From: an uncultured Verrucomicrobiae bacterium
GTDB taxonomy: Bacteria > Verrucomicrobiota > Verrucomicrobiia > Chthoniobacterales > UBA10450
Assembly: GCA_963772365.1 (NCBI GenBank)
Contig: CAVYXA010000001.1
Location: 1,344,001 to 1,408,000, forward strand
Length of the DNA stretch: 64,000 nucleotides
Direction of reading: 5' to 3'
Part shown: one piece after another, positions 1 through 8,732 of the stretch
Layout of the letters: every line of letters starts with the position of its first letter
Position numbering within the stretch: the stretch's first letter is position 1
Program-made: the position numbers and the translations under genes
Notes under the pieces: model-generated
What the model saw: the letters and a program-made list of their open reading frames with translations, nothing else
What the model was told of the DNA's origin: nothing
Database searches by the model: none

Positions 1-4
1 TAAA

Positions 5-373
5 TCACTTGGCCCGGGAACCAGTCATTTTTTTCTCCACGAACTTGACCACTGCCGGTTTAAGAAGCTCCGAGGCAATTCGTAGAGCGCCTAGAGCGAA
101 TCCCACCGTCAGAAGTTTATTCGGCGGTTTGCTGTTTTTTGCGGCGACAGTGACAACTCTCTTGCCACTCGATAAAATGAATAACACTGCGCCGATGGCG
201 ACAGCTCCGCCAATCCAAAGGAGCGGTTGCGCCCGGAATGATCTGCGGATTTTCCTGGGAAAATCCAATTCATAACGCAATCCGCAGAGGCTCTGCTCGA
301 CTCCGCCGCGCGTGAGAGCGATCTCCTTCTTTAGGTCGTCGGCCGACTTGTCTCCTCCAGATTTTTTATCCAT
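5..373 (-). CDS. YqjK/DUF3618-like small membrane protein
   Basis: 122-aa ORF; N-terminal helix 'DDLKKEIALTR', one hydrophobic segment; third gene of a yqjD-yqjE-yqjK-like trio. Confidence 0.65.
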   Translation of the reverse strand: MDKKSGGDKSADDLKKEIALTRGGVEQSLCGLRYELDFPRKIRRSFRAQPLLWIGGAVAIGAVLFILSSGKRVVTVAAKNSKPPNKLLTVGFALGALRIASELLKPAVVKFVEKKMTGSRAK

Positions 374-765
374 TCACGATCTTTCTTTAACTCGGACATC
401 AGCTCACGAAACGGCGCCTTGGAAGCGAGACTTCGCGCAATTACTAGAAAAACGAAGACCAGCGCGAAATGGAGCAGCGCGGCGACCAGCACGACCCAAA
501 TCCAGGAAACCTGGACCAGGCGAGCAATTCCAGCAATCACGCTGACAATGATGAACACATAAGAGATCACCAGGAACACCAGCGCCCCCACCATGCAGGC
601 GAGAACCCCGAGCCATTGCGCGACAGCCGCTTTCGATTCTTTGGCAAATAGGGCGAGCCGGCTCTCAACGAATCCGATGAAGGCGTTAGTGAACGCCAGC
701 AGATTACTGAGAAACCCGGTACGCGCCACCGGATTGCGGGACGGCATGGTCGTCTCGCCATTCAT
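331..765 (-). CDS. Phage-holin-family/YqjE-like membrane protein
   Basis: 'ESRLALFAKE' then two TM segments and 'ELKKDREW' tail; follows a DUF883 gene. Confidence 0.8.
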   Translation of the reverse strand: MNGETTMPSRNPVARTGFLSNLLAFTNAFIGFVESRLALFAKESKAAVAQWLGVLACMVGALVFLVISYVFIIVSVIAGIARLVQVSWIWVVLVAALLHFALVFVFLVIARSLASKAPFRELMSELKKDREWIKNLEETSRPTT

Positions 766-776
766 TTAGCGAGAGG

Positions 777-1115
777 CTAGCGCCGGAAAATCAGTCCCAG
801 TACGAATCCGATTCCAAGCGCGGTAAAGACTGCTTTGGTGGGGTTTTCCCGCACATATTCCTCAGCGTCTTCCTGGAACGTTCGAACTCGTTCCCGAGCT
901 TCGCCCCACGCTTGTTCGGCTTTGCCCCGCGCTTCGCCCCAGGCTTCTTCGGCTTTGCCGCGATATTCGCCGGCCCAAGCGCCAGCAGCCGAGCGCAGAT
1001 CGCCGGCGGCGGAACGCAAATCATCGGCTGCTTTGCGTGCGTGTGTTTTGCTGCTCTCGAGTTTATCGGCGGCGTCATTCGCAGCGGATCTTTTATTTGT
1101 ATTTTCTTCAGCCAT
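777..1115 (-). CDS. DUF883 (YqjD/ElaB) family membrane-anchored ribosome-binding protein
   Basis: Ala-rich helical repeats and C-terminal 'YVRENPTKAVFTALGIGFVLGLIFRR'. Confidence 0.9.
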   Translation of the reverse strand: MAEENTNKRSAANDAADKLESSKTHARKAADDLRSAAGDLRSAAGAWAGEYRGKAEEAWGEARGKAEQAWGEARERVRTFQEDAEEYVRENPTKAVFTALGIGFVLGLIFRR

Positions 1116-1294
1116 TGGTCTTCTCCTGTTGAATTATCTCGAAATATCCGTGCGCATCGCCTTTCAGGCAAACGGTTGCGGCGGAAAATCTTCCTCTAGA
1201 GAAAACGAAACTCAGGCTGCAATCGGTCTTTCCAAGTTTGGGATTTTGAAAACAAACGCCAGTCCGACAGATGCCACTTGAATGGAATGAACAA

Positions 1295-2664
1295 TTATGG
1301 CGCAACTACGATCCAGCCCGGCGGAGCCGTCGGCCCGTAGGCGCTGCCGGTGAAACTATTATTGTTCAAATACCAGACCGCCGTTTGCCGCGTCGTGGCA
1401 TTGAACAACAAATAGTCGGGCGTTCCGTTCATGTCGAAATCAGCTGTCCCGCTTAATTGATATCCAGGCGCGATGGTCGGCCCGTAGGCGGTACTCATGA
1501 AGGAGGTTCCGTCCAAGTACCAGATTGCGGATTTCCGCGTGCTCATATTAAACAGCGCATAATCGGCTTTGCCGTCACGGTTAAAATCGGCCACGCTTGC
1601 CACGGTCCACCCGGCAGGCGGCGTCGGTCCATAGCTGGAGCCCGTGAAAGTGTTGTTATCTAAAAACCAGACGGCCGTTTGATGTGTAGTCGCATTATAA
1701 AGCACAAAATCTGGTTTGCCGTCGTAGTTGAAATCACCTACTGCCACCAAAGCCCAACCAGGCGGTGGCGTTGGTCCATACGCACTGCTAATAAAACTGG
1801 TGCCGGTGAGGTACCAGATCGCTGTCTGTCGGGTGCTGGAATTGAACAAGGCGTAATCGACGTGACCGTCCCAGTCGAAATCTGCGACATCAATTACATT
1901 CCAGCCCGCCGGAGGAGTCGGTCCATAGGCGCTGCCGATGAAAGTGTTATTGTCGAGATACCAGACCGCTGTCCGGCGGTCGCTGGCGCGGGACAGGACC
2001 AAATCCGCGTTAGTATCCTCGTTGAAATCCGCTTGGGGCTTAATCGTATGAGCGTGGACCGAAGCGTCATCAAAGTACCAAAAGGCTGGGAAGTCAAAAA
2101 AGCCAAACCGAAGATACGTCGACGTCGGTACCTGGCTTCGAGTCCTGAGTAGGTGTACCGGTTGTAAGGCATCGCGGGCCCGTTATCAATCGAGTCGACA
2201 ATGCTCCCGTCCCACGAGACTTCGAAGTGATTCGGAGTGCTGCCCGTATTTCGCAACCAAAAAACCAAATCGTAGCGACCTCCGGCCATGGTAGCCAGAG
2301 CCTGGGTGATGTAACCATTCGAGCCCCTGGGACCAAAAGCGGCTCCATATGTGCCAGAATGTGCCGCTTGGAGTTCCACAAACGTAAAGCTGGTATCGCC
2401 GCTCTGGGTCCAGCCGCTAAAATCCCCGGTCTCGAAACCTCCATTGGTGACGAGCTCTCCCGGCAGGTGGGCGGCGCCTTCCGTGCCATTAAATGAAGTC
2501 GCGAAAGAGATGCTGGAGTTCGCCGGATGCTGCCCGTTATCCGGATGTGCGCTTTTGGTCTGACCCAAAACAGGCCCTGCCAAAGCAAGGCTGAGAGTTA
2601 GAATGAGGCAAAACGCACCTCGGCAGAGATGCGCAGTTATGTCGATGGAACCAAGTTTCTTCAT
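1295..2664 (-). CDS. Secreted protein: carbohydrate-binding-like domain plus five-repeat FG-GAP/VCBS-like C-terminal domain (frameshifted in this sequence)
   Basis: ORF 1894-2664 has a signal peptide and 'LVTNGGFETGDFSGW'; ORF 1295-2002 has the repeats; frame breaks near 2000-2130. Confidence 0.8.
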
Positions 2665-2997
2665 TGGATTCTCCTTTATGTGGATGTTCTTGCGTAGAAA
2701 ATTGGAGATGGCTCATGAGCGGCAGTGCTCGTCTTTACAGCAATGACGCCTCCGTTGCCGCACCCGAATCTCTGCGCGAAGTGATCACTCCTAACGGGGC
2801 AGGCCATGAGATCCTCGATCAGAGATACGTTACGGGCACAGGAGTTGGATGGCAAATTTTTCGAATTTCCGATTTTTGAGACGGGCCGTGACCCCCAAGA
2901 AAGTTCACCGCTCCCGGAAAATGATGCATGTCTCCGACATTTCGTAAAGTGACTCGCCGTCTTTCAGACGCGCGTCTCTCGAACAAACGCATGGGGA

Positions 2998-3023
2998 TCG
3001 TCATGGATGCAACCATGACGATG
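2998..3023. terminator. Hairpin downstream of the Kelch/FG-GAP gene
   Basis: ATCGTCATGG-ATGCAA-CCATGACGAT, 10-bp perfect stem; no clear U tract. Confidence 0.45.
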
Positions 3024-3043
3024 CCATGCGATTCAAACCAACA

Positions 3044-5509
3044 TTACGGCGCAACGATCATCCAGCCAGGCGGAGGTGTCGGGCCGTAGGCGCTGCCAAC
3101 GAAGCTGTTGTTGTTCAAATACCAGATCGCTGTCTGCCGCGTCGTTGCTTTGAACAACAAAAAGTCAGGCTTTGCGTTGATATCGAAATCAGCTACGCCA
3201 ATCAATCCGTAACCGGACGCAATGGTTGGCCCATAGGCGCTCCCACTAAATGAAGTGCCATTTAAATACCAGATCGCTGTTTGCCGGGTGCTGGCATTGA
3301 ACAGCGCGTAATCCGGTTGCCCATCGCGATTGAAGTCGCCCACGCCTGCCAAGCTCCAGCCCGAAGGGAGCGTCGGGCCATAGCTCGAACTCGTGAACGC
3401 ATTGTTATTCAAAAACCAGATGGCCGTTTGCCGCGTCGTCGCGTTGTAAAGCACAAAATCTGGATGACCGTCGTTATTAAAATCGCGCACCGCGATCAGC
3501 GCCCAGCCCGGCGGCGGAGTTGGTCCATACGCACTGCTGCTAAAGCTGGTTCCATGTAGATACCAGATCGCCGTTTGCCGGGTGCTCGAGTTGAATAATG
3601 CATAGTCCGGGTTTCCGTCTACGTTAAAATCGGCTGTATCAATGACCCTCCAACCCGGCGGAAGAGTAGGACCGTAGGCGCTCCCGGCAAAACTGTGGTT
3701 GTTCAGGTACCAGACTGCTGTTCCACGCGTGCTGATGTTGTACAAAACCAAGTCAGGATTGCTGTCGTCGTTGAAATCGGACGAAACAACGGGACAGATG
3801 GTATAGCTCGTTGGGAAGAGAAGCGGCGCCCCCAATCCGTTGCAGAAATATTGGGTGTAATTTGTTTCGTCTTTTTGAACACCGGCTGTGGCAGCCGCAG
3901 TTCCCCGATCAATCTGACCGTAGATTACATCGAACCGGGCCTGGCCTTCATATAGGCGCACCTCAAAATGAGCCAGTTGACTGTTATCGTCGTAGTAAAC
4001 CGTATTGAACTCAATATTGAAGATGCGATTGGGCGCGGTACCGGAAACCGAAGTAAAGATCCCGCATCCTGCGGCATAGCCTGAACAGCCCGACAATCCC
4101 GTATCAGTCCGCAAATCGCCCCAATAGGGGAAGATGGTGTAGCTAAAGTCCGTGTCCGGCAGACATGTATTAGAGTAAGCGTCGTCATCGGAATTGAATT
4201 GCACATTGCCATTCGAGCTGACGTTGACGGAGTCAAACACGTGTCCGTACAGACCATAGCTGAAAGGCAAGGGGACGTTGGTAGTCTCGTCGTCAGCGTG
4301 ATTTCCCGTATCAGTCGTTCCAGGCACGATCCCAGTGGCGATTGGGTTTACGATGTAATTGTCCGGATTGTGCCGACACGACATTCGGCGGGTGCACGAG
4401 AAAATTTCCGTAGAAGCGAGAGGGGTGAGATTGTCATTAGCATAGCCGCCGGCCAGCCAGATGCGGGTGCCATCGGTAGCAGCAGGGAAATTGCGACGCG
4501 CGGTGGTAAAGGGACTCCCGATTGACCAGGTATTGGTAACAGGATCGTAAATATCCACCTCATTTGAAGGATTGGGTGATTGTCTGCCGCCACCCAGGAC
4601 CCAAAGTTGATTGTCCACGTTTACGCCCCGGGTCTCACCTGTTGCCCTCGGGATGCTGGCAATTGTGGTGATCGAATCAGCGATTGGATTATAGCTGAAT
4701 GAATTCGTGCTATCCACGGGGACGGCGCCAGTGCTACCTCCGCCGGTCAAGATGCGAGGGCCGCCCGGCGTACTGACCGTAGCGGTTGGTATATAGCCGA
4801 GCGGGACTGGCAGATGAGCAGATTTCTGTACCCACGCATTGGTGCCAGGGGTAAACTCCCAAATCGTGTCGGTCATCGCTACGTTGATGTCGAACCCGCC
4901 AAGGATGTACAATTTGTTTTGAACAACTGCGAAACCACCGGGCAAAACGGTTGTGCCAGCGCCTGGCCACGGCGCGGCCACAGTGGTGAGCGTGTTGGCG
5001 ACAGGGTCAAAACGGAAGACCCGGCCTGTCGCTGTCACTGCGCCCGCGGCCGATCCGCCTACACAATAAATGTATGGAGTGCCGGCATCGGTCAGGACGC
5101 CACAGGCCATATTGTTCACCTGATTATCGGGATAGGTGCTTCCAAACAAGCCCCAAACATTGCTTTGAGGAAAATATACGAAGGGATGGGTTAAATCACT
5201 GCCTGATGAGTCCGAGGTGCGCCCGCCCATGACGTAGAAATTGCCAGTAGCTGGGAAAAAAACACCGACTCCGCGGATGGTCGGACTCGGCAAATCGGGG
5301 CCTGCCAACCAATCCCGCGAACACATTGTGGCAGGCAGCGCGGGAACTGTTCGCGCCGGGGCGACTCTTTCGGGTTTGGAGGCACTTTGGTTTCCTTCTT
5401 TCTGTCCGAGCGCTCGGGGTAGCGCCCAGGCGAGTGTATACAGCAGGAGGGTGCAAACTGCTCCGCGAAGCAGATGCGTAATAATAATGTTCGATCCATG
5501 TTTTTTCAT
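3044..5509 (-). CDS. Secreted protein: Kelch repeats, nidogen-like domain and five-repeat FG-GAP/VCBS-like C-terminal domain
   Basis: Signal peptide; Kelch 'YVMGG/YILGG/WVLGG' motifs; five 49-aa DFNxDGxPD...TAIWYL...YGPT repeats. Confidence 0.9.
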   Translation of the reverse strand: MKKHGSNIIITHLLRGAVCTLLLYTLAWALPRALGQKEGNQSASKPERVAPARTVPALPATMCSRDWLAGPDLPSPTIRGVGVFFPATGNFYVMGGRTSDSSGSDLTHPFVYFPQSNVWGLFGSTYPDNQVNNMACGVLTDAGTPYIYCVGGSAAGAVTATGRVFRFDPVANTLTTVAAPWPGAGTTVLPGGFAVVQNKLYILGGFDINVAMTDTIWEFTPGTNAWVQKSAHLPVPLGYIPTATVSTPGGPRILTGGGSTGAVPVDSTNSFSYNPIADSITTIASIPRATGETRGVNVDNQLWVLGGGRQSPNPSNEVDIYDPVTNTWSIGSPFTTARRNFPAATDGTRIWLAGGYANDNLTPLASTEIFSCTRRMSCRHNPDNYIVNPIATGIVPGTTDTGNHADDETTNVPLPFSYGLYGHVFDSVNVSSNGNVQFNSDDDAYSNTCLPDTDFSYTIFPYWGDLRTDTGLSGCSGYAAGCGIFTSVSGTAPNRIFNIEFNTVYYDDNSQLAHFEVRLYEGQARFDVIYGQIDRGTAAATAGVQKDETNYTQYFCNGLGAPLLFPTSYTICPVVSSDFNDDSNPDLVLYNISTRGTAVWYLNNHSFAGSAYGPTLPPGWRVIDTADFNVDGNPDYALFNSSTRQTAIWYLHGTSFSSSAYGPTPPPGWALIAVRDFNNDGHPDFVLYNATTRQTAIWFLNNNAFTSSSYGPTLPSGWSLAGVGDFNRDGQPDYALFNASTRQTAIWYLNGTSFSGSAYGPTIASGYGLIGVADFDINAKPDFLLFKATTRQTAIWYLNNNSFVGSAYGPTPPPGWMIVAP

Positions 5510-5646
5510 TGGGTTTTCCTGGGTTAACTTCTTTTGAAGACAGAAAATTTAGGAGATGCTTTGGTCGACTGCATTCTCCGAATCGGAGAAGTCTAGGCGG
5601 ACAAAAAGTTGAGGGTCAAGCCTCTTTTACCGTGCGGAATAGAGAC

Positions 5647-5823
5647 CATAGTGTTGACGGCTTGTCAGTTGGAACGAGACCCTCACCTCAATCTTCTCCC
5701 TGGCAGGGAGAGGAGGACACAGGGCGCGGGTGCCTTGGGAATCGGGGTCGGAGGCCGTATGCGAAGTGCCAGGTGAGGGTTGTGGAATTCGCCTCCCCGA
5801 ACTGACAATGAACAAACACTACC
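5647..5823. mobile_element. MITE sharing terminal inverted repeats with the IS remnant at 8056-8695
   Basis: Ends TAGTGTTGACGGCTTGTCAGTT ... AACTGACAATGAACAAACACTA; flanked by AATAGAGAC/AATAGAGCC (8/9 direct repeat); no transposase. Confidence 0.75.
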
Positions 5824-5919
5824 AATAGAGCCGAAATGCAGAAACCGATGGCTGCGCCTTAAGCGACTTGGTCTTAAAGTGCAGCAATTCGAGTTTCGAC
5901 CTCTCTGCGGCAGTTAACC

Positions 5920-7932
5920 TTACGGGGCAACCACGATCCAGCCTAGCGGAGGTGTCGGGCCGTAAGCGCTGCCAACGAAGCTGTTGTTGTTCAAATACCA
6001 GATCGCTGTCTGCCGCGTCGTTGCTTTGAACAACAAAAAGTCAGGCTTTCCGCTGATATCGAAATCAGCTACGCCAATCAATCCGTAACCGGACGCAATG
6101 GTTGGCCCATAGGCGCTCCCACTAAATGAAGTGCCATTTAAATACCAGATCGCTGTTTGCCGGGTGCTGGTATTGAACAGCGCATAATCCGGTTGCCCAT
6201 CGCGATTGAAGTCGCCCACTCCTGCCAAGCTCCAGCCCGAAGGGAGCGTCGGGCCATAGCTCGAACTCATGAACGCATTGTTATTCAAAAACCAGATGGC
6301 CGTTTGACGCGTGGTCGCGTTGTAAAGTACATAATCTGGATGACCGTCGTTGTTAAAATCGCGCACCGCGATCAACGCCCAGCCCGATGGCGAGGTTGGT
6401 CCATACGCACTGCTGCTAAAGCTGGTTCCATGTAGATACCAGATCGCTGTTTGCCGGGTGCTGGTGTTGAATAAGGCATAATCGGGGTTTTGATCGCCGT
6501 CAAAATCGGCTGAATCGATCACGTTCCAACCTGGCGGAAGAGTCGGACCATAGGCACTGCCGGCAAAAGTGTGATTATCCAGGAACCAGACCGCCGTATT
6601 CAAAGTTGCAGGTTTGAACAGAACCAAATCGGGGAACCCGTCATGGTTGAAGTCCGTTGGCACAGTTCCGCACAATCCGAACACGGTCATGGTATAAGCA
6701 GGACAACCTGCATCGGGGGTGGCTTCTGATACCACCAGAACAACCGTCTGCCCGTTATCGAGGTTGAAGGAGAACGTCTGTTCCGGGTTCGGGCTGGAGC
6801 CCGCATCCCCGATCCAGTTGGTGCAGATGTTGTTTGGATCGAAGCTGCCCAGATAAGCGGCGATGAAGATGAAATTGGTGCCTGTGCAAGCGGTATTAGT
6901 ATCCACCGTCACGCATTGAGTTGCGCCGGTCGTATTGGTTAACGTGTAGGCATCGTAATGGTGCGGAGTCGGATCACCAAAGATCGCACATGTCGTGCTC
7001 GCTGGACAGGTTTGGGGAATACCGCTGCGAAAGAGGCGATCCACCTGCGTAGGATCGGAGGTGTCAATGCTTCCGGTAACGTTGGTAAAGCACGTTGGCG
7101 TTGGCGTTGGCGTTGGAGTTCCGCAGATGTAGGTGACTTCCAAGCCATTGGTGAGCGTAGCCGTCCCGCACGAGAAGGTCGTAGCCGGACCAGTCGCGCT
7201 TGCCTGCACGCCGCTGGTCTCATCAAGGCCGTTGTCGGAAGTTGCGCCATAGATAACGTCAAAACTTGATTGGTTCTCGGAAAAGACTACTTCAAAGTTG
7301 GCTGACGTGGTGGGGTCGGCGAAGTGCACCGCGCGCCACTCGATGTTAAACTGCCGGTTAGGCGCAGTACCGGTGATTGAATAGAAAACGCCACAGTTGC
7401 CACCGGGGAAACCCGAGCAGCCGGCGAACCCGAGGTTATCGGTGCGCAGGTCATCCTGATACGGGAGAATGGCCATGGTCCACAGGGCGCTCGGCAACAC
7501 CTGACAGCCATGGGTGAAGGGAGTCTCAGTGCCTATAAGGTCCAAACTGCCGTTAGACGCGACGTTCGCAGAGTTGAAAGTCTGGCCGTAAACGCTGACC
7601 GGGAACGGAAATGTAATAGCGGTCGCGCAATCATCGCAATGGTTGCCGGTATCGGTGGTGCCAGGCGTGATTGTGCCTGAGCCAGTCGATGTGCTATAGC
7701 TGCACGCTACTTCTGGCGCCGTCAAGGCTGGGGGAACCCCCTGCGTGCCGCGGACCACCCCGTCGGCGGACTGCACGACCGGCATGTCGCTTGAGGCGGC
7801 GTGATTGGCTGCAGTTTTCTTGCCGCGTTGCTGCGCCAGCGCAAACGGAATTGCGCAGATGGCGAGAAGCATGGGCGCGTAAAGGGCACCTCGAAGAAGA
7901 TGCGTGACAAACGTGGCAGCAGTCTTTTTCAT
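5920..7932 (-). CDS. Secreted protein: nidogen-like domain, PT linker, Cys-containing domain and FG-GAP/VCBS-like C-terminal domain
   Basis: 670-aa ORF; signal peptide; GTTDTGNHCDD domain shared with 3044-5509; second domain shared with 8733-10091. Confidence 0.9.
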   Translation of the reverse strand: MKKTAATFVTHLLRGALYAPMLLAICAIPFALAQQRGKKTAANHAASSDMPVVQSADGVVRGTQGVPPALTAPEVACSYSTSTGSGTITPGTTDTGNHCDDCATAITFPFPVSVYGQTFNSANVASNGSLDLIGTETPFTHGCQVLPSALWTMAILPYQDDLRTDNLGFAGCSGFPGGNCGVFYSITGTAPNRQFNIEWRAVHFADPTTSANFEVVFSENQSSFDVIYGATSDNGLDETSGVQASATGPATTFSCGTATLTNGLEVTYICGTPTPTPTPTCFTNVTGSIDTSDPTQVDRLFRSGIPQTCPASTTCAIFGDPTPHHYDAYTLTNTTGATQCVTVDTNTACTGTNFIFIAAYLGSFDPNNICTNWIGDAGSSPNPEQTFSFNLDNGQTVVLVVSEATPDAGCPAYTMTVFGLCGTVPTDFNHDGFPDLVLFKPATLNTAVWFLDNHTFAGSAYGPTLPPGWNVIDSADFDGDQNPDYALFNTSTRQTAIWYLHGTSFSSSAYGPTSPSGWALIAVRDFNNDGHPDYVLYNATTRQTAIWFLNNNAFMSSSYGPTLPSGWSLAGVGDFNRDGQPDYALFNTSTRQTAIWYLNGTSFSGSAYGPTIASGYGLIGVADFDISGKPDFLLFKATTRQTAIWYLNNNSFVGSAYGPTPPLGWIVVAP

Positions 7933-8055
7933 TGGTCTCCTTGTATTAGTTTGTCTAGCGAACTTCCGAAGACAGATTGCAAACTGGCATGGCGTCGATG
8001 GTGTCTCCCCGAGGCGTTAGGCGTCAAGCCTCAAATTGCCACACAAACGGACGAG

Positions 8056-8695
8056 GGTAGTGTTGGTCAATTGTCAGTTGGAGGGTGGAGCAGATGAAGG
8101 TCAACCTGGGTTTACGTTGGCTTTGGCTAAAGCGGTCTTTTTCCACCAATGGTTCCAATCGGGGGGATGGCTTTTGAGCCAGAGGAGTTGAGCGAGATGT
8201 TCAGCGCCGCGTCGCGTCCAACTACGGCGTTGGCGTTTGAAGCGCCGGTTGATGTGGACCTCGATATTCTTTTCGATCGCACCCACTGCCGGCACGAATC
8301 GGAAAATGCGGTCGCAGGCTGGTTCGCCCCACGCCCCCGCCGTTGGCGTTTGAGGTAGTGGAGTCCATCTCGCTCACCACTACGCTCGCCCCGCTGGGCA
8401 GGGCGCGATCCGGCCACCATTGCCGATCAAGCTGTTCGCTCAATTTCGCTCGGTGATATTGCACACAACGCCAAATCAGTCACGCGCTTACTCGCACCTG
8501 CATCCAGCGCCACAGCTCCGCCCCGCCGGCCGGTAATTTTGCCCAGTAGCTGCTTCCAGCGCCCGCTTTTCCACCCAAGGCGAAAGCAGCCGCGTCGTTT
8601 CTTACATGCTGAAGGGCTCATCCATTTTTCGCGATTTGGTTGAGCCTTTCATTTTGCCCCTCTCCCTCGACAACTGACAATCATCGAACACTAGC
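8056..8695 (-). mobile_element. Internally deleted IS remnant, Mutator-like (ISLre2/ISKra4-type) transposase fragment
   Basis: TIRs GGTAGTGTTGGTCAATTGTCAGTTG / CAACTGACAATCATCGAACACTAGC; flanks AACGGACGAG/ATCGGACGAG; fragment 'GAIEKNIEVHINRRFKRQRRSWTRRGAEHLAQL' at 8101-8295. Confidence 0.75.
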
Positions 8696-8732
8696 ATCGG
8701 ACGAGCCTAAGGATTATGGAACGCGACTCGGT

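Noticed and set aside
331..765. Holin as prophage evidence
   Set aside because: Belongs to the common yqjD-yqjE-yqjK-like trio; no phage genes nearby
7093..7116. CGTTGG x4 as a phase-variable repeat
   Set aside because: In-frame hexamer encoding an ordinary Pro-Thr linker
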